Position numbers and translations under genes: made by a program. Source: a virus. From it: 64,000 nucleotides of DNA. The notes beneath the pieces were generated by a model that saw only the letters and a list, made by a program, of their open reading frames with translations, had not been told where the DNA came from and searched no databases. Of the stretch, positions 45,006 to 53,671 are shown piece after piece; within the stretch, counting starts at the first letter, position 1, and the number at the start of each line of letters is the position of its first letter. The DNA lies in the IMG/VR virus record IMGVR_UViG_2140918012_000003. One strand, written 5' to 3'.

Positions 45006-46603
45006 CGAATTTCCCCTTGCACGACCGCTGGAGCGGCTTTCTTCATGCGTGCGACCTTCATCTCGGCCTTGGTATTGCTGATCATCTTATCGGTGCGTGA
45101 GATAGCTTTGATAAGGGCAGCCTTGTATGGCTCGCCAGCGACCTTGGATGACAATAGCATGTTCTGGATGGAAGTCAACTCCAAATCGCCACTATGCTGA
45201 CAGTTGACGCACTCAAAAAAGCCATCCTTGGCGTCGTAGCCTACCACTTTGGGTAGACGCTTGATATTTTCCTTGCAAGTATGACTGCACACAGGGCATT
45301 TCTGCGAGATAAAAGCTGATGCCTCTTCGTTGACCTTGACCCCAGCCCTGCGGGTGAGCGCGTCAATCACACGGCCTTTCAATTCGGCCAGCGGGAACCT
45401 ACGCACGTAGGGTGCCAAATTCGGGTCGTCGGATTGGAAGGCTCCGAAATTATCGAGTAGCACAATACTAGCACCGTGGCGCTCAGCGAAGACCTGCACA
45501 GCTTTGGCTGCACGCCAAAGCTCTGTGTCGGTAAAGCGTGCCTCTTTATCGGAGAGCTTTTTCAGAGCAGCAAAATGCTTCTTCTTGCCTCGACCTGCGT
45601 GGGGTGTAGCGCTCAGGTCTTTTTGAATGAGCTTGCGCCGAGCATACATCTGCGATTTGAGGCGCACCAAATTCGTGCCTGGGTAGCTGCCCGTGGTCAC
45701 ATGGTTCTTCTTGTCGATCGCCAGGAACGACAGCATGTTCACGACGCCACGGTGAACAATCACGAGCGAGTCAGACTCTTCTTTTGCGAGCCGCGAAGAC
45801 TTGTAGGGAAGGCGCACGAACCATTTTTCGGGCTGGCCTGGCCGGCGCACCCGAGCAATTTGCAGGGCGCCTTTAGCATAGCCTTCGGCTTCTGGAACAT
45901 CGCTCTTGTCGTAGTCAATGGCCACGAGCTTTTTCAGCACCTCGACCATCGAGGCCACGCCACGGCCATGCAGGCTTTTACACACGAGGCGCATCTTGCC
46001 CTCACCGGGGCGCCAAGCCGAAGTTTCGATGACGACGTTCGTGTAGGTCTTGGGTTGACCCGTGCGAACGTCGGTTTTAGTCACTTCCTCAAAGAGCACA
46101 CGCCAGTTCCGGTTCCTGATCGTAAAAGGGACGTTACGTAGCAACGGGAAGGACGAATCGCCACGCAGAAGCGCGTTGAGCCTGTCACCGGCAAATTCCG
46201 AATCCACGATCCGCTTGGTAACGCTTGACCAGATATACTCGGTCAAGCCTGTAGCCTTCATGGCCTTTTCAACAGCCGTCTTGAACCCTACCGTGTCCCA
46301 GCACTCGGAAGGTAGCGGTACCTCTTGATCTTTGAGCATGGCGCGCTCATCAGCCGTAGAAAAGCGCATCTTGCCAGCCATACGCTGGTCCCGAAGCGAG
46401 ACAGCGATATCTGCGATAGCCACCTGAGCAGCCTTGCCGATATCACGGCTGGCAGTGCGTAGCTCTGCCCAGGCTTTCGTTCCGTCCGTTTTTTCAGGGC
46501 GGTAAAGCTCAAGCGTCATACAGGCGACCGGGTTTTTGGTCGGCTTGTGGACGCTGGATTCTTCTTCATCGAAATCATCGAGCGCGTCAGCAGCTTCTTG
46601 CAT
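45002..46603 (-). CDS. Cas12f/TnpB-family RNA-guided protein, predicted nuclease-inactive
   Basis: LLRGDSSFP, GRGKKK...LSDKEARF..., SQKCPVC and FECVNC zinc ribbon; RuvC positions read H287, D387, E478 (ORF-track numbering) in place of D/E/D; ATG 46603 is 7 nt after the -10 box. Confidence 0.85.
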   Translation of the reverse strand: MQEAADALDDFDEEESSVHKPTKNPVACMTLELYRPEKTDGTKAWAELRTASRDIGKAAQVAIADIAVSLRDQRMAGKMRFSTADERAMLKDQEVPLPSECWDTVGFKTAVEKAMKATGLTEYIWSSVTKRIVDSEFAGDRLNALLRGDSSFPLLRNVPFTIRNRNWRVLFEEVTKTDVRTGQPKTYTNVVIETSAWRPGEGKMRLVCKSLHGRGVASMVEVLKKLVAIDYDKSDVPEAEGYAKGALQIARVRRPGQPEKWFVRLPYKSSRLAKEESDSLVIVHRGVVNMLSFLAIDKKNHVTTGSYPGTNLVRLKSQMYARRKLIQKDLSATPHAGRGKKKHFAALKKLSDKEARFTDTELWRAAKAVQVFAERHGASIVLLDNFGAFQSDDPNLAPYVRRFPLAELKGRVIDALTRRAGVKVNEEASAFISQKCPVCSHTCKENIKRLPKVVGYDAKDGFFECVNCQHSGDLELTSIQNMLLSSKVAGEPYKAALIKAISRTDKMISNTKAEMKVARMKKAAPAVVQGEIR

Positions 46604-46610
46604 GTTGGTC

Positions 46611-46642
46611 ACTATACTCCTATGGTTCTTGACGTGTCAAGA
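46611..46642 (-). promoter_or_regulatory. promoter of the Cas12f-like operon with palindrome over the -35 box
   Basis: TTGACA-18-TATAGT on - strand; TCTTGAC-gt-GTCAAGA inverted repeat 46627-46642. Confidence 0.7.
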
Positions 46643-46648
46643 GGATTA

Positions 46649-46966
46649 TCACAGCCCACGTAGCGCTCGCTCCGCCCAGCGCTGCACATGATCATGCATT
46701 ATCAAAAATGCAGCTATCTCAGCGGCGTCGAGTGGATTGGATGTATCTAACATGCGATATTGGACGGCTGATAATGATCGCACTTTAATCGCCTCCCGAG
46801 GCACAGAGCGCCTGGGGAAGGCTGCGGCGTAGCTGGGAGTGTCGCGGTACACCATGCCGACCTCACCGGCTTCCAAATCCTGAGTGTCTGCATCTGCGGT
46901 GATCATGATGAATCGACTGGACAATTTATCCACCGCGAGATATCCGCGCGAAGGTGGTTCTTTCAT
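46649..46966 (-). CDS. IAA(F/Q)LL-motif family protein
   Basis: YRMLDTSNPLDAAEIAAFLIMH. Confidence 0.7.
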   Translation of the reverse strand: MKEPPSRGYLAVDKLSSRFIMITADADTQDLEAGEVGMVYRDTPSYAAAFPRRSVPREAIKVRSLSAVQYRMLDTSNPLDAAEIAAFLIMHDHVQRWAERALRGL

Positions 46967-47254
46967 TCATTTCTTCCAGTTCAGCAATTTGGTCGTGTAA
47001 TCTAATATGTCCTGATGCAGCAAATAGAATGCAGCTATCTCAGCGGCGTCTAGTGGGTCGGCAGAATCCAGTGCGCGATAGCTTAATGAACCTAACGGCT
47101 TAACCGACGCAAAGATTTTAAGCGCTGGAAAAGCAGCATAGTCTTCTTGCGGGTACAGAGGGCAAACGACACCAATCTCACCCTTGCGTACCACACGACT
47201 GCCCACACCACGACTTGAGTCCTCAGTGAGTACGATGAATTTATGGGTGCCCAT
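46967..47254 (-). CDS. IAA(F/Q)LL-motif family protein
   Basis: YRALDSADPLDAAEIAAFYLLHQD. Confidence 0.7.
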   Translation of the reverse strand: MGTHKFIVLTEDSSRGVGSRVVRKGEIGVVCPLYPQEDYAAFPALKIFASVKPLGSLSYRALDSADPLDAAEIAAFYLLHQDILDYTTKLLNWKK

Positions 47255-47731
47255 CTAGTACTTCACTCCTGGGAACTTTCTAAGTATAGCGCGTGAATCG
47301 AAATCTGGGTGCAGCAACAAAAATGCAGCTATCTCAGCGCGGTCGGCTGGTTCTTCTGGGTCGAGTAGATGATAATCGCAATCACGCAGTAGCAAACTAT
47401 CATAGTCAGCAAAGGCAACATCAGCCGTTCCGTCACTCCACACCACATAGATCATACCAACGCACCATCCGAAAACAGGACGGTTAGCCAGGACATACCG
47501 GCCCAGCAGCACGCGGCACATGACGCCCGCTTCCAAAAGACTCTCTAACACATAGCCTAGCGCCGGCATTACCTCACCACCGTCCCAGCTAATGACATAA
47601 TTGTAATTATAAGTTGAGGGCTCCACCCGCACAATTCTTCCTGTCACCTCTTTTTCAGTGTACTCGGCGTCCAACGCCCAAGCAGCGTCACCCAAAATAA
47701 AGCGACCAACGAGATTCTGGTCAGCCATCAA
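47255..47731 (-). CDS. IAA(F/Q)LL-motif family protein
   Basis: YHLLDPEEPADRAEIAAFLLLHPD. Confidence 0.7.
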   Translation of the reverse strand: MMADQNLVGRFILGDAAWALDAEYTEKEVTGRIVRVEPSTYNYNYVISWDGGEVMPALGYVLESLLEAGVMCRVLLGRYVLANRPVFGWCVGMIYVVWSDGTADVAFADYDSLLLRDCDYHLLDPEEPADRAEIAAFLLLHPDFDSRAILRKFPGVKY

Positions 47732-48060
47732 GACCCGCCGTACAACGCAGAGTATAGTTTAGTTTTCTGAGACGACCACCAATCCGGGTGTAGCAAATGC
47801 GACGCAGCCAACACAGCGGCATCTTTGCGGCGGTTCACATTGAGCACCTTGAATTGGGCACGTTTCGCCAAAGCCACACCACCCATATTTACCACGTGTA
47901 CAACATACCCATCATCTACTATTCCCAGAAGTACACCTACATCTCCACGCGCGTACTGCCGCCCGCCATGCATAAAATCGCACACAAACTCGACGAAGAC
48001 ACCTCTCTTAGGAATCACGGTCAACCTCCGTAAAAATCCCTCGCAGCCGGACAAGCCCAT
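47728..48060 (-). CDS. IAA(F/Q)LL-motif family protein
   Basis: FKVLNVNRRKDAAVLAASHLLHPD. Confidence 0.7.
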   Translation of the reverse strand: MGLSGCEGFLRRLTVIPKRGVFVEFVCDFMHGGRQYARGDVGVLLGIVDDGYVVHVVNMGGVALAKRAQFKVLNVNRRKDAAVLAASHLLHPDWWSSQKTKLYSALYGGS

Positions 48061-48440
48061 TGCACTCCATCCGCAGGAAGCATGCGATCCTCATCTAACA
48101 GGTGTGCCGCGATCTCGGCCTTCACTATTGGGTCAGATGCGTCCACTTTTTGGTAGTGAAAATTTCCATTACCTTGTTCGCCTAGAACACCACCACCAAA
48201 CACTTTGAAAGCAATTGCGGACGCGCACGCTGCCCCTTCAAATTTGTAGCGACAACGCATAAAGCGCATCCACCACCTTACCGTCTGCCATCCACTGCTC
48301 GTCACCGTCCGTGTGTAATCAATGTGAGCAGACACAACAGCATATCTGTACACATTAATGGGGAACTTGCGGCTGCACACGATGACAAAATCGCCCTCTT
48401 TAAGCTTGGAAGGGTCGCAGGTGCATTTAGGTCTGCTCAC
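48021..48440 (-). CDS. IAA(F/Q)LL-motif family protein
   Basis: YQKVDASDPIVKAEIAAHLLDED. Confidence 0.7.
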   Translation of the reverse strand: MSRPKCTCDPSKLKEGDFVIVCSRKFPINVYRYAVVSAHIDYTRTVTSSGWQTVRWWMRFMRCRYKFEGAACASAIAFKVFGGGVLGEQGNGNFHYQKVDASDPIVKAEIAAHLLDEDRMLPADGVQWACPAARDFYGG

Positions 48441-48444
48441 TTGC

Positions 48445-48879
48445 TCACCTTCGACAATACTGGGTAGCTGTCACGCGATGTTTAACGCCCCTGGCTGGTG
48501 GTCTCTGGCCATCGTTGTTATGCACGTCAGGAATGCAGTCTAGGGCATCGTAGGCACGCTGGAAATAGCCTTCGACGTATTCCAGGGCGTTTGGGTGCCG
48601 CTCAAGCCCGTGCAGGGTCAATTTGGCCCAGACTTGCTTTTCAGGGTCGTTATCCGCATCCGAATAGAGAGTGCATTCGGCTTCCCAACTGATGGGATTG
48701 GTAGAATTGTGCTGGCTCATATCCCAGCGGTAAAAATTGATGAAATAGAGCTTGGGACCGTTGAACCCTCCTACACCACGAACCACTCTCTGCCAAAGCA
48801 ACGGGCACTCTGGTGCATGCTTACCGCTTGGGGAAGAACGGTAACCAGCAGCAACTAGGAGTTCAGGAGTCAGCAGCAT
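48445..48879 (-). CDS. hypothetical protein
   Basis: 144-aa ORF. Confidence 0.65.
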   Translation of the reverse strand: MLLTPELLVAAGYRSSPSGKHAPECPLLWQRVVRGVGGFNGPKLYFINFYRWDMSQHNSTNPISWEAECTLYSDADNDPEKQVWAKLTLHGLERHPNALEYVEGYFQRAYDALDCIPDVHNNDGQRPPARGVKHRVTATQYCRR

Positions 48880-48888
48880 GACAACTGC

Positions 48889-49173
48889 TCACCAAGACCG
48901 CTTAGCTTTCTCAGCCTTGCGCTGCTTGGCAGTAACCCACTTGAGGTGCAGGACCGTATCGCTGGAACTGTACCAAAGGCTCACCTCTTTCGGGAGGAAA
49001 CCGCCGTTCTGCAAAAGATTGAACCCAGCAATCAGATGATCCCGCTGCTTCCAGTTCCGGCACTTGATATCGAACGTCTGGGCCTTATTAGCCGACATCC
49101 AGCCCTTGTGCCACTCACGCGCTAGCTGCTTGCTGAGTTGCTTTTCGGTCATCGTGACTTTGGAAGAATTCAT
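48889..49173 (-). CDS. hypothetical protein
   Basis: 94-aa ORF after promoter. Confidence 0.65.
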   Translation of the reverse strand: MNSSKVTMTEKQLSKQLAREWHKGWMSANKAQTFDIKCRNWKQRDHLIAGFNLLQNGGFLPKEVSLWYSSSDTVLHLKWVTAKQRKAEKAKRSW

Positions 49174-49595
49174 AATATCGTAGTGTATACCTCTTTTGAC
49201 AGCTTGTCAAGATGGGAACACTGCCATTCTATCATCGGCGCTGGCACAAACGTGCGCGTAAGCATTTGGGCCGCTAGACCACTTTTCACTTGAGGGTGCT
49301 CAATGTCTACTTTCTGATAGTGACAGTATCGCCCCAACACCCCATGCATCTCAATATCTAGCTCCACTCTTTCTTGCACTGAGAGTCTTGCAATGGACCC
49401 AATATTTGGGTACCAAGAATACATGCCCAGGCCAGGGCAGTAAAGTGTGTAAAAATGCCTATCGTGGTGTGTAACGCTCTTGACAAACCCATAGACACCG
49501 GGAAGCTCATCGACTAGCCTATTTTTAGACTCCACAAAAATCAGGTCACCCTCTACGAGCGTACACCGGTCGAAACACGAGCACTCATCAGACAT
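49170..49595 (-). CDS. IAA(F/Q)LL-motif family protein
   Basis: YQKVDIEHPQVKSGLAAQMLT; ATG 49595. Confidence 0.65.
   Translation of the reverse strand: MSDECSCFDRCTLVEGDLIFVESKNRLVDELPGVYGFVKSVTHHDRHFYTLYCPGLGMYSWYPNIGSIARLSVQERVELDIEMHGVLGRYCHYQKVDIEHPQVKSGLAAQMLTRTFVPAPMIEWQCSHLDKLSKEVYTTIL
49182..49210 (-). promoter_or_regulatory. conserved phage promoter with TTGACA-gct-TGTCAA palindrome
   Basis: TTGACA-17-TACACT on - strand; ATG 8 nt downstream. Confidence 0.7.
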
Positions 49596-50322
49596 CGAGA
49601 ACCAGCGGCTCGTAATACGCCTGTCGCATACTCTCAGAGGGGTAGCCGAACGGGTTGCAAACCGCACGAGTATCGCCAATCTTGCGATCGTCCGGTGAAT
49701 GCGTGTGCCCATAGAGCCAAAGGGCAGGCGACCACTCGGTGATAATGTCCTGCATCTCGCTTACGAAAAAGCGGTTAAGGCCGCTCCCAGCATACTGCTT
49801 GGCAACACATTTGTACGACGGCAGGTGGTGCGTGACCACCACATCACCAGGCCGTAGAGCTTTCTTGAGCCAAACCCGAAATTCTGTATTGTGGTTATGC
49901 ACCCATGGAACGATGTTTTTTATCTTGTTAAAATCGTTGATATCGCCTCTGTAGGCTTCTTCATCCTCGGTGCTGGGGAACCACATGGTATCTCCCAGGA
50001 ACCGCACACCGTCCTGCTCGTAGACGTGGCCGGTCTTCAGGACCGTCACAGCAGGCAGCAGCTTTTCGATGGCTGCAAGTTCCGCCAAACCAGACTCCAC
50101 AGAGCTTCCGTAGAATTCATGGTTACCAGGAACGAAGATCACCTTCTTGCAGCGCCTTGTGAAAAGGTCCAACATCGTGCGCAAATGCAGATGCTTGAAA
50201 GACCCGATATCCCCGGCCAGTACGAGTACGTCTAGCTTGGAGAAATCCAGACTTTCGACAAAGCTAACCCCCAGATCTGCATGAAACTCCAGGTGGGCGT
50301 CGGAGATAAGGCCAATCTTCAT
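49588..50322 (-). CDS. calcineurin-like metallophosphoesterase
   Basis: ISDAH, LAGDI, PGNHE, VTHH, YGHTH. Confidence 0.92.
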   Translation of the reverse strand: MKIGLISDAHLEFHADLGVSFVESLDFSKLDVLVLAGDIGSFKHLHLRTMLDLFTRRCKKVIFVPGNHEFYGSSVESGLAELAAIEKLLPAVTVLKTGHVYEQDGVRFLGDTMWFPSTEDEEAYRGDINDFNKIKNIVPWVHNHNTEFRVWLKKALRPGDVVVTHHLPSYKCVAKQYAGSGLNRFFVSEMQDIITEWSPALWLYGHTHSPDDRKIGDTRAVCNPFGYPSESMRQAYYEPLVLDV

Positions 50323-50330
50323 TTAACACC

Positions 50331-50359
50331 ATAATAGCACAATCCAAGTATCTAGTCAA
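50331..50359 (-). promoter_or_regulatory. sigma70-like promoter
   Basis: TTGACT-17-TATTAT; ATG 8 nt downstream. Confidence 0.65.
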
Positions 50360-50361
50360 GC

Positions 50362-50901
50362 TCACCACTTCAAAAGCTCGTCGGCCGCCCTCTGCGCCTT
50401 ACACTGCAACTGTTTGTGCTCGTAAAGCGCAAGAGCAAGACACAATGCCTCGTCGAGGGTCAGGTTCTCGTTTTTGGCTCCAAACTCTGCGAGCATTTCA
50501 GCTTGTTCCTCTTTCTGATTAAAATCAAATCTGCACATAGTTGCAAACCAGACACGTTCAGGTGCCAGGTCTTTGTACGCGGTCATAAAATTCATAGCCG
50601 CCTCAACCCTGCCGATAAGACTCCATCCACCTTCTATGCTTCTGATCGTCATCTCCCCGTCACCAAATGACGCAGGCGGCGTGTACAAGTAAATAGCATA
50701 ACCAATCGGGCTGGGCGGCGGTGAACGCCGCTGAAGCTCCAGCGTAGCCTCGTAACGCGCTGCCTTGCTCTCTATGTGCAAGTGTTCATCGAGACCATAT
50801 CTCGGCCGTGAGCCATTGAAATGCACACACTCGTCCACAAAGCAGGTAGTGCCACTTTTACGATGTGTGATTACACCGCCGCCGTAGCTGTCACTCCACA
50901 T
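50362..50901 (-). CDS. hypothetical protein
   Basis: ORF 50362-50991; ATG 50901 chosen. Confidence 0.6.
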   Translation of the reverse strand: MWSDSYGGGVITHRKSGTTCFVDECVHFNGSRPRYGLDEHLHIESKAARYEATLELQRRSPPPSPIGYAIYLYTPPASFGDGEMTIRSIEGGWSLIGRVEAAMNFMTAYKDLAPERVWFATMCRFDFNQKEEQAEMLAEFGAKNENLTLDEALCLALALYEHKQLQCKAQRAADELLKW

Positions 50902-51253
50902 GTTTTGGCCTCTGCCGAGCGAGCTTGCGCATGCGCCTAGCATAATCGCACTTCCATTTACCGGTGTAAGTTTCCCAAGGTTGCGCCTCACCTGTTAGTA
51001 ACTGCGCCGCAATAGCTGCTTTGACTCTACGATTGGTAGGATCGACTTTTTGATAATGTCTGTGCGAGACAGGCACGAGTAGTGGGGTGCCGTCTGAAAA
51101 ATTGCGCCCCATAATTGCCATCTCTGGCCGCACCTCCACGTCCCTCACCAGCACCGCATAAAGAATCCCATCCTCGTCAGGCAGAGCGACAATCTCACCA
51201 GAACGCAGTAATGCATCGACTTGCATATCCCAGCAAGTACACTTACCTCGCAT
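50891..51253 (-). CDS. IAA(F/Q)LL-motif family protein
   Basis: YQKVDPTNRRVKAAIAAQLLTG. Confidence 0.7.
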   Translation of the reverse strand: MRGKCTCWDMQVDALLRSGEIVALPDEDGILYAVLVRDVEVRPEMAIMGRNFSDGTPLLVPVSHRHYQKVDPTNRRVKAAIAAQLLTGEAQPWETYTGKWKCDYARRMRKLARQRPKHVE

Positions 51254-51551
51254 CTGCTGGCTCCACTGGCTCTCCAGTTAGCAATTGTGCGGCAATGGCA
51301 GCACGCACTTCTTCGCTGTTGATATCTTCTATCGTCAAATCCCAAGGGAAACATTTCATCGCGTGGCGCTCACCGTAAAACCTGACACTCACTAGACGCT
51401 GGGGCATTTTCGTGAAGGTAGCTGGGTCATTTACCACAACTCCGTACATCACACCGCTGACACTACGCCCTGTTAAACCATTAGAAAAGCCACGAAAACA
51501 GGAGACAAGCGTCCCTGGTTTTGGGCGATTATTTTTGCCGTCACGCTGCAC
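51243..51551 (-). CDS. IAA(F/Q)LL-motif family protein
   Basis: EDINSEEVRAAIAAQLLTG. Confidence 0.7.
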   Translation of the reverse strand: MQRDGKNNRPKPGTLVSCFRGFSNGLTGRSVSGVMYGVVVNDPATFTKMPQRLVSVRFYGERHAMKCFPWDLTIEDINSEEVRAAIAAQLLTGEPVEPADAR

Positions 51552-51759
51552 CTAGGCACGTCTCAATTTCAACTTGGGTACCGAGCGCAGCCGCTGTCGA
51601 AAGAACGCCCTGGCAGAAGGCTATGGCTTCTTCGCGCGTCTTGCCGAAAGAGCTTGCATCATGCCCATTGCTGTGGCGTACCGTCACCGTATAAGTATCG
51701 GTGCCAAACGGCTCTACAATTAGTTTGAGCGCACTAACGGCGCTTTTGGTGCTCGGCAT
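51541..51759 (-). CDS. hypothetical protein
   Basis: ATG 51759 chosen. Confidence 0.5.
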   Translation of the reverse strand: MPSTKSAVSALKLIVEPFGTDTYTVTVRHSNGHDASSFGKTREEAIAFCQGVLSTAAALGTQVEIETCLGAA

Positions 51760-52001
51760 AATGCACCTTGCAATACGCGCGGACAGTATCTGTGAACACC
51801 GTAACGGTCGGTTTGTTGTCGCACAGAACGCAACCAAGCCTTGGCGCCGTAGTCATCGTCAAACCCCCACTCGACGTTGCCGTAGAGGTGCAACCCTGAT
51901 TGCGCTTGCGATTTGATGTCAATATAGCAATGGTCAACTACGTGAGGTTTCGTCAGTCATAGCCCCAGTATAGGGGGTTTTACACCAAAGGTCAAGTACC
52001 T

Positions 52002-52229
52002 TTAAGCTGGTCTCACGCGCGTACTGGGCTGAATTGCTACCAAGACATTATTACGCCAGAGGAAACGACCTCTGACAGCACCGAGCGGAATCGTGTCGTC
52101 GATCTCCACTATTTTCTGGTCCGACGTAATTTCCAGACTGTCACCATCATCAACGCATTCACTAGCTGACATGATAAACGGACCACGTACTTTAATGATC
52201 ACTTGGCGATTCACGGGACTGTCCCCCAC
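52002..52229 (-). CDS. hypothetical protein
   Basis: 75-aa ORF. Confidence 0.45.
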   Translation of the reverse strand: MGDSPVNRQVIIKVRGPFIMSASECVDDGDSLEITSDQKIVEIDDTIPLGAVRGRFLWRNNVLVAIQPSTRVRPA

Positions 52230-52882
52230 TTCAAGCAGTATTCGTCCATAATGACGCTGACCACGGTGTCGCCGGTTGGGCCGGAAATAGCCGTCATGCT
52301 GACGTTCGCGAACGGAGCACCGCCTAGATTTCCGGCGACCGGGATTACCGTGCCATCCAAGTCGAAGGTAGCAATCTGGGTTGTGTGATTCGTGCAGACC
52401 CGCAGATCGTGCGGCAAATTGTCAATGGGAATTCCAGTGTCTTGAAGAGCCAAACCAGCCCCAACAGCAAAATTAGGGCTAAACGACGGCTCTGCCAACA
52501 AAGCAACTTGCCCAATGCTTATATTGAAAGTTGTGACGCCATCCGTTCCGTCCGTCAGTTGCGCAATACGAAAACTGGCGCACAAGCAGTAATTGTCAGT
52601 CTCAAAATGACCGAGCGTGCCACTCGACAATATCTCAACAGACTCGCTCATGTCGGCTGGCGGCAGGCACAACAAATGCGTCGCATCTGGCCCCGAAGGC
52701 AAAATAGACCCCGTGTTGAACGGGTTTGCCAAGAACTGTGAAACATCACCAGCGGTGAAGTGCGACCCAAAACTATTAGTAGGACCAACTATCCCAGATG
52801 GCGGGGCACAATCACATGCAAACTGGTAAAATGGCGGACAACGGCGCACCACGCATCGCCTTGATTTCGCGCAGCAGCTCAT
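52211..52882 (-). CDS. Cys-tagged beta-rich (laminin-G/ConA-like?) protein
   Basis: MSCCAKSRRC...CPPFYQFACDC; paralog of 52879-53628. Confidence 0.7.
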   Translation of the reverse strand: MSCCAKSRRCVVRRCPPFYQFACDCAPPSGIVGPTNSFGSHFTAGDVSQFLANPFNTGSILPSGPDATHLLCLPPADMSESVEILSSGTLGHFETDNYCLCASFRIAQLTDGTDGVTTFNISIGQVALLAEPSFSPNFAVGAGLALQDTGIPIDNLPHDLRVCTNHTTQIATFDLDGTVIPVAGNLGGAPFANVSMTAISGPTGDTVVSVIMDEYCLKWGTVP

Positions 52883-53628
52883 GGCGCTGCCTTTCCCCAA
52901 GAGACGCACAACTCGTCGAGAACGACATCAGCGACGGATCCGACGTTGATTGAGGTGTTGCGCGCACGAGCCTCGATCCTCGGCTGCGCCCCACCAACTG
53001 GGTAGTCAGCGGGAGCGAAGGTGTAGGTCTGCACGACATTCCCGTTGTCCATGTCGAACGTGAAAGTGCCGGTTGATCGCTGTGCCGACATCTTGAGCTT
53101 GTGGGGCAAAAGGTCGATGGGGCCGAGCGGCAAATATCCAGAACTGTCCGTGGCCGATACGACAAGAACACGAAAGTTTGGGCCAGCAAAAGGCAGCGAC
53201 GCTTCAAAGAGCAAGTTCGCGTTGAACACTGGTGCCGTGAAGCGGATACGGAATAGCGCCGAGTCGTTGGTAGCTGGCCCTGCGGCTACCGCGAACTGAT
53301 CCAGCTTGAAGTCCAAGCAGACGCTGAAGTCATCGGTGCCGAAGTCGAACGTCGTGCTGCTCGGGTAGTTCAAGGTCAACGCACGGGAGATTGTTCCTGG
53401 CGCAGTTCCAGGCGGCTGGCACAGCAACCGCGTTGCATTCGGGCCAGCAGCGGACACCGTGCCAGAGCCGCTGGACGTGAACGGGCTCACGTTGCCGGCA
53501 GTAAAATGCGAGCCGAAACGATTGATAGGAGCCAATGCCGTGGGCGGCGGCGTGCAGTCACAGTCAAAATTGAACTGCGGCGGGCACGCGCAAGGCTTTA
53601 TTTTTCTGCTGCTACAGCATGCAGCCAT
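52879..53628 (-). CDS. Cys-tagged beta-rich protein
   Basis: MAACC...CACPPQFNFDCDC; FGSHFTAG.VS block shared with neighbour; promoter TTGACA-17-TAGCAT (53663-53635). Confidence 0.72.
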   Translation of the reverse strand: MAACCSSRKIKPCACPPQFNFDCDCTPPPTALAPINRFGSHFTAGNVSPFTSSGSGTVSAAGPNATRLLCQPPGTAPGTISRALTLNYPSSTTFDFGTDDFSVCLDFKLDQFAVAAGPATNDSALFRIRFTAPVFNANLLFEASLPFAGPNFRVLVVSATDSSGYLPLGPIDLLPHKLKMSAQRSTGTFTFDMDNGNVVQTYTFAPADYPVGGAQPRIEARARNTSINVGSVADVVLDELCVSWGKAAP

Positions 53629-53671
53629 ACTTACATGCTAAATTTTCCAATAAAGCCTGTCAAGTTTTTTG

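Noticed and set aside
45002-46612. Ordinary IS200/IS605/IS607 tnpB transposon
   Set aside because: No TnpA (Y1 or serine) gene adjacent, RuvC residues are altered, motifs are closer to Cas12f, and an array plus anti-repeat is present.
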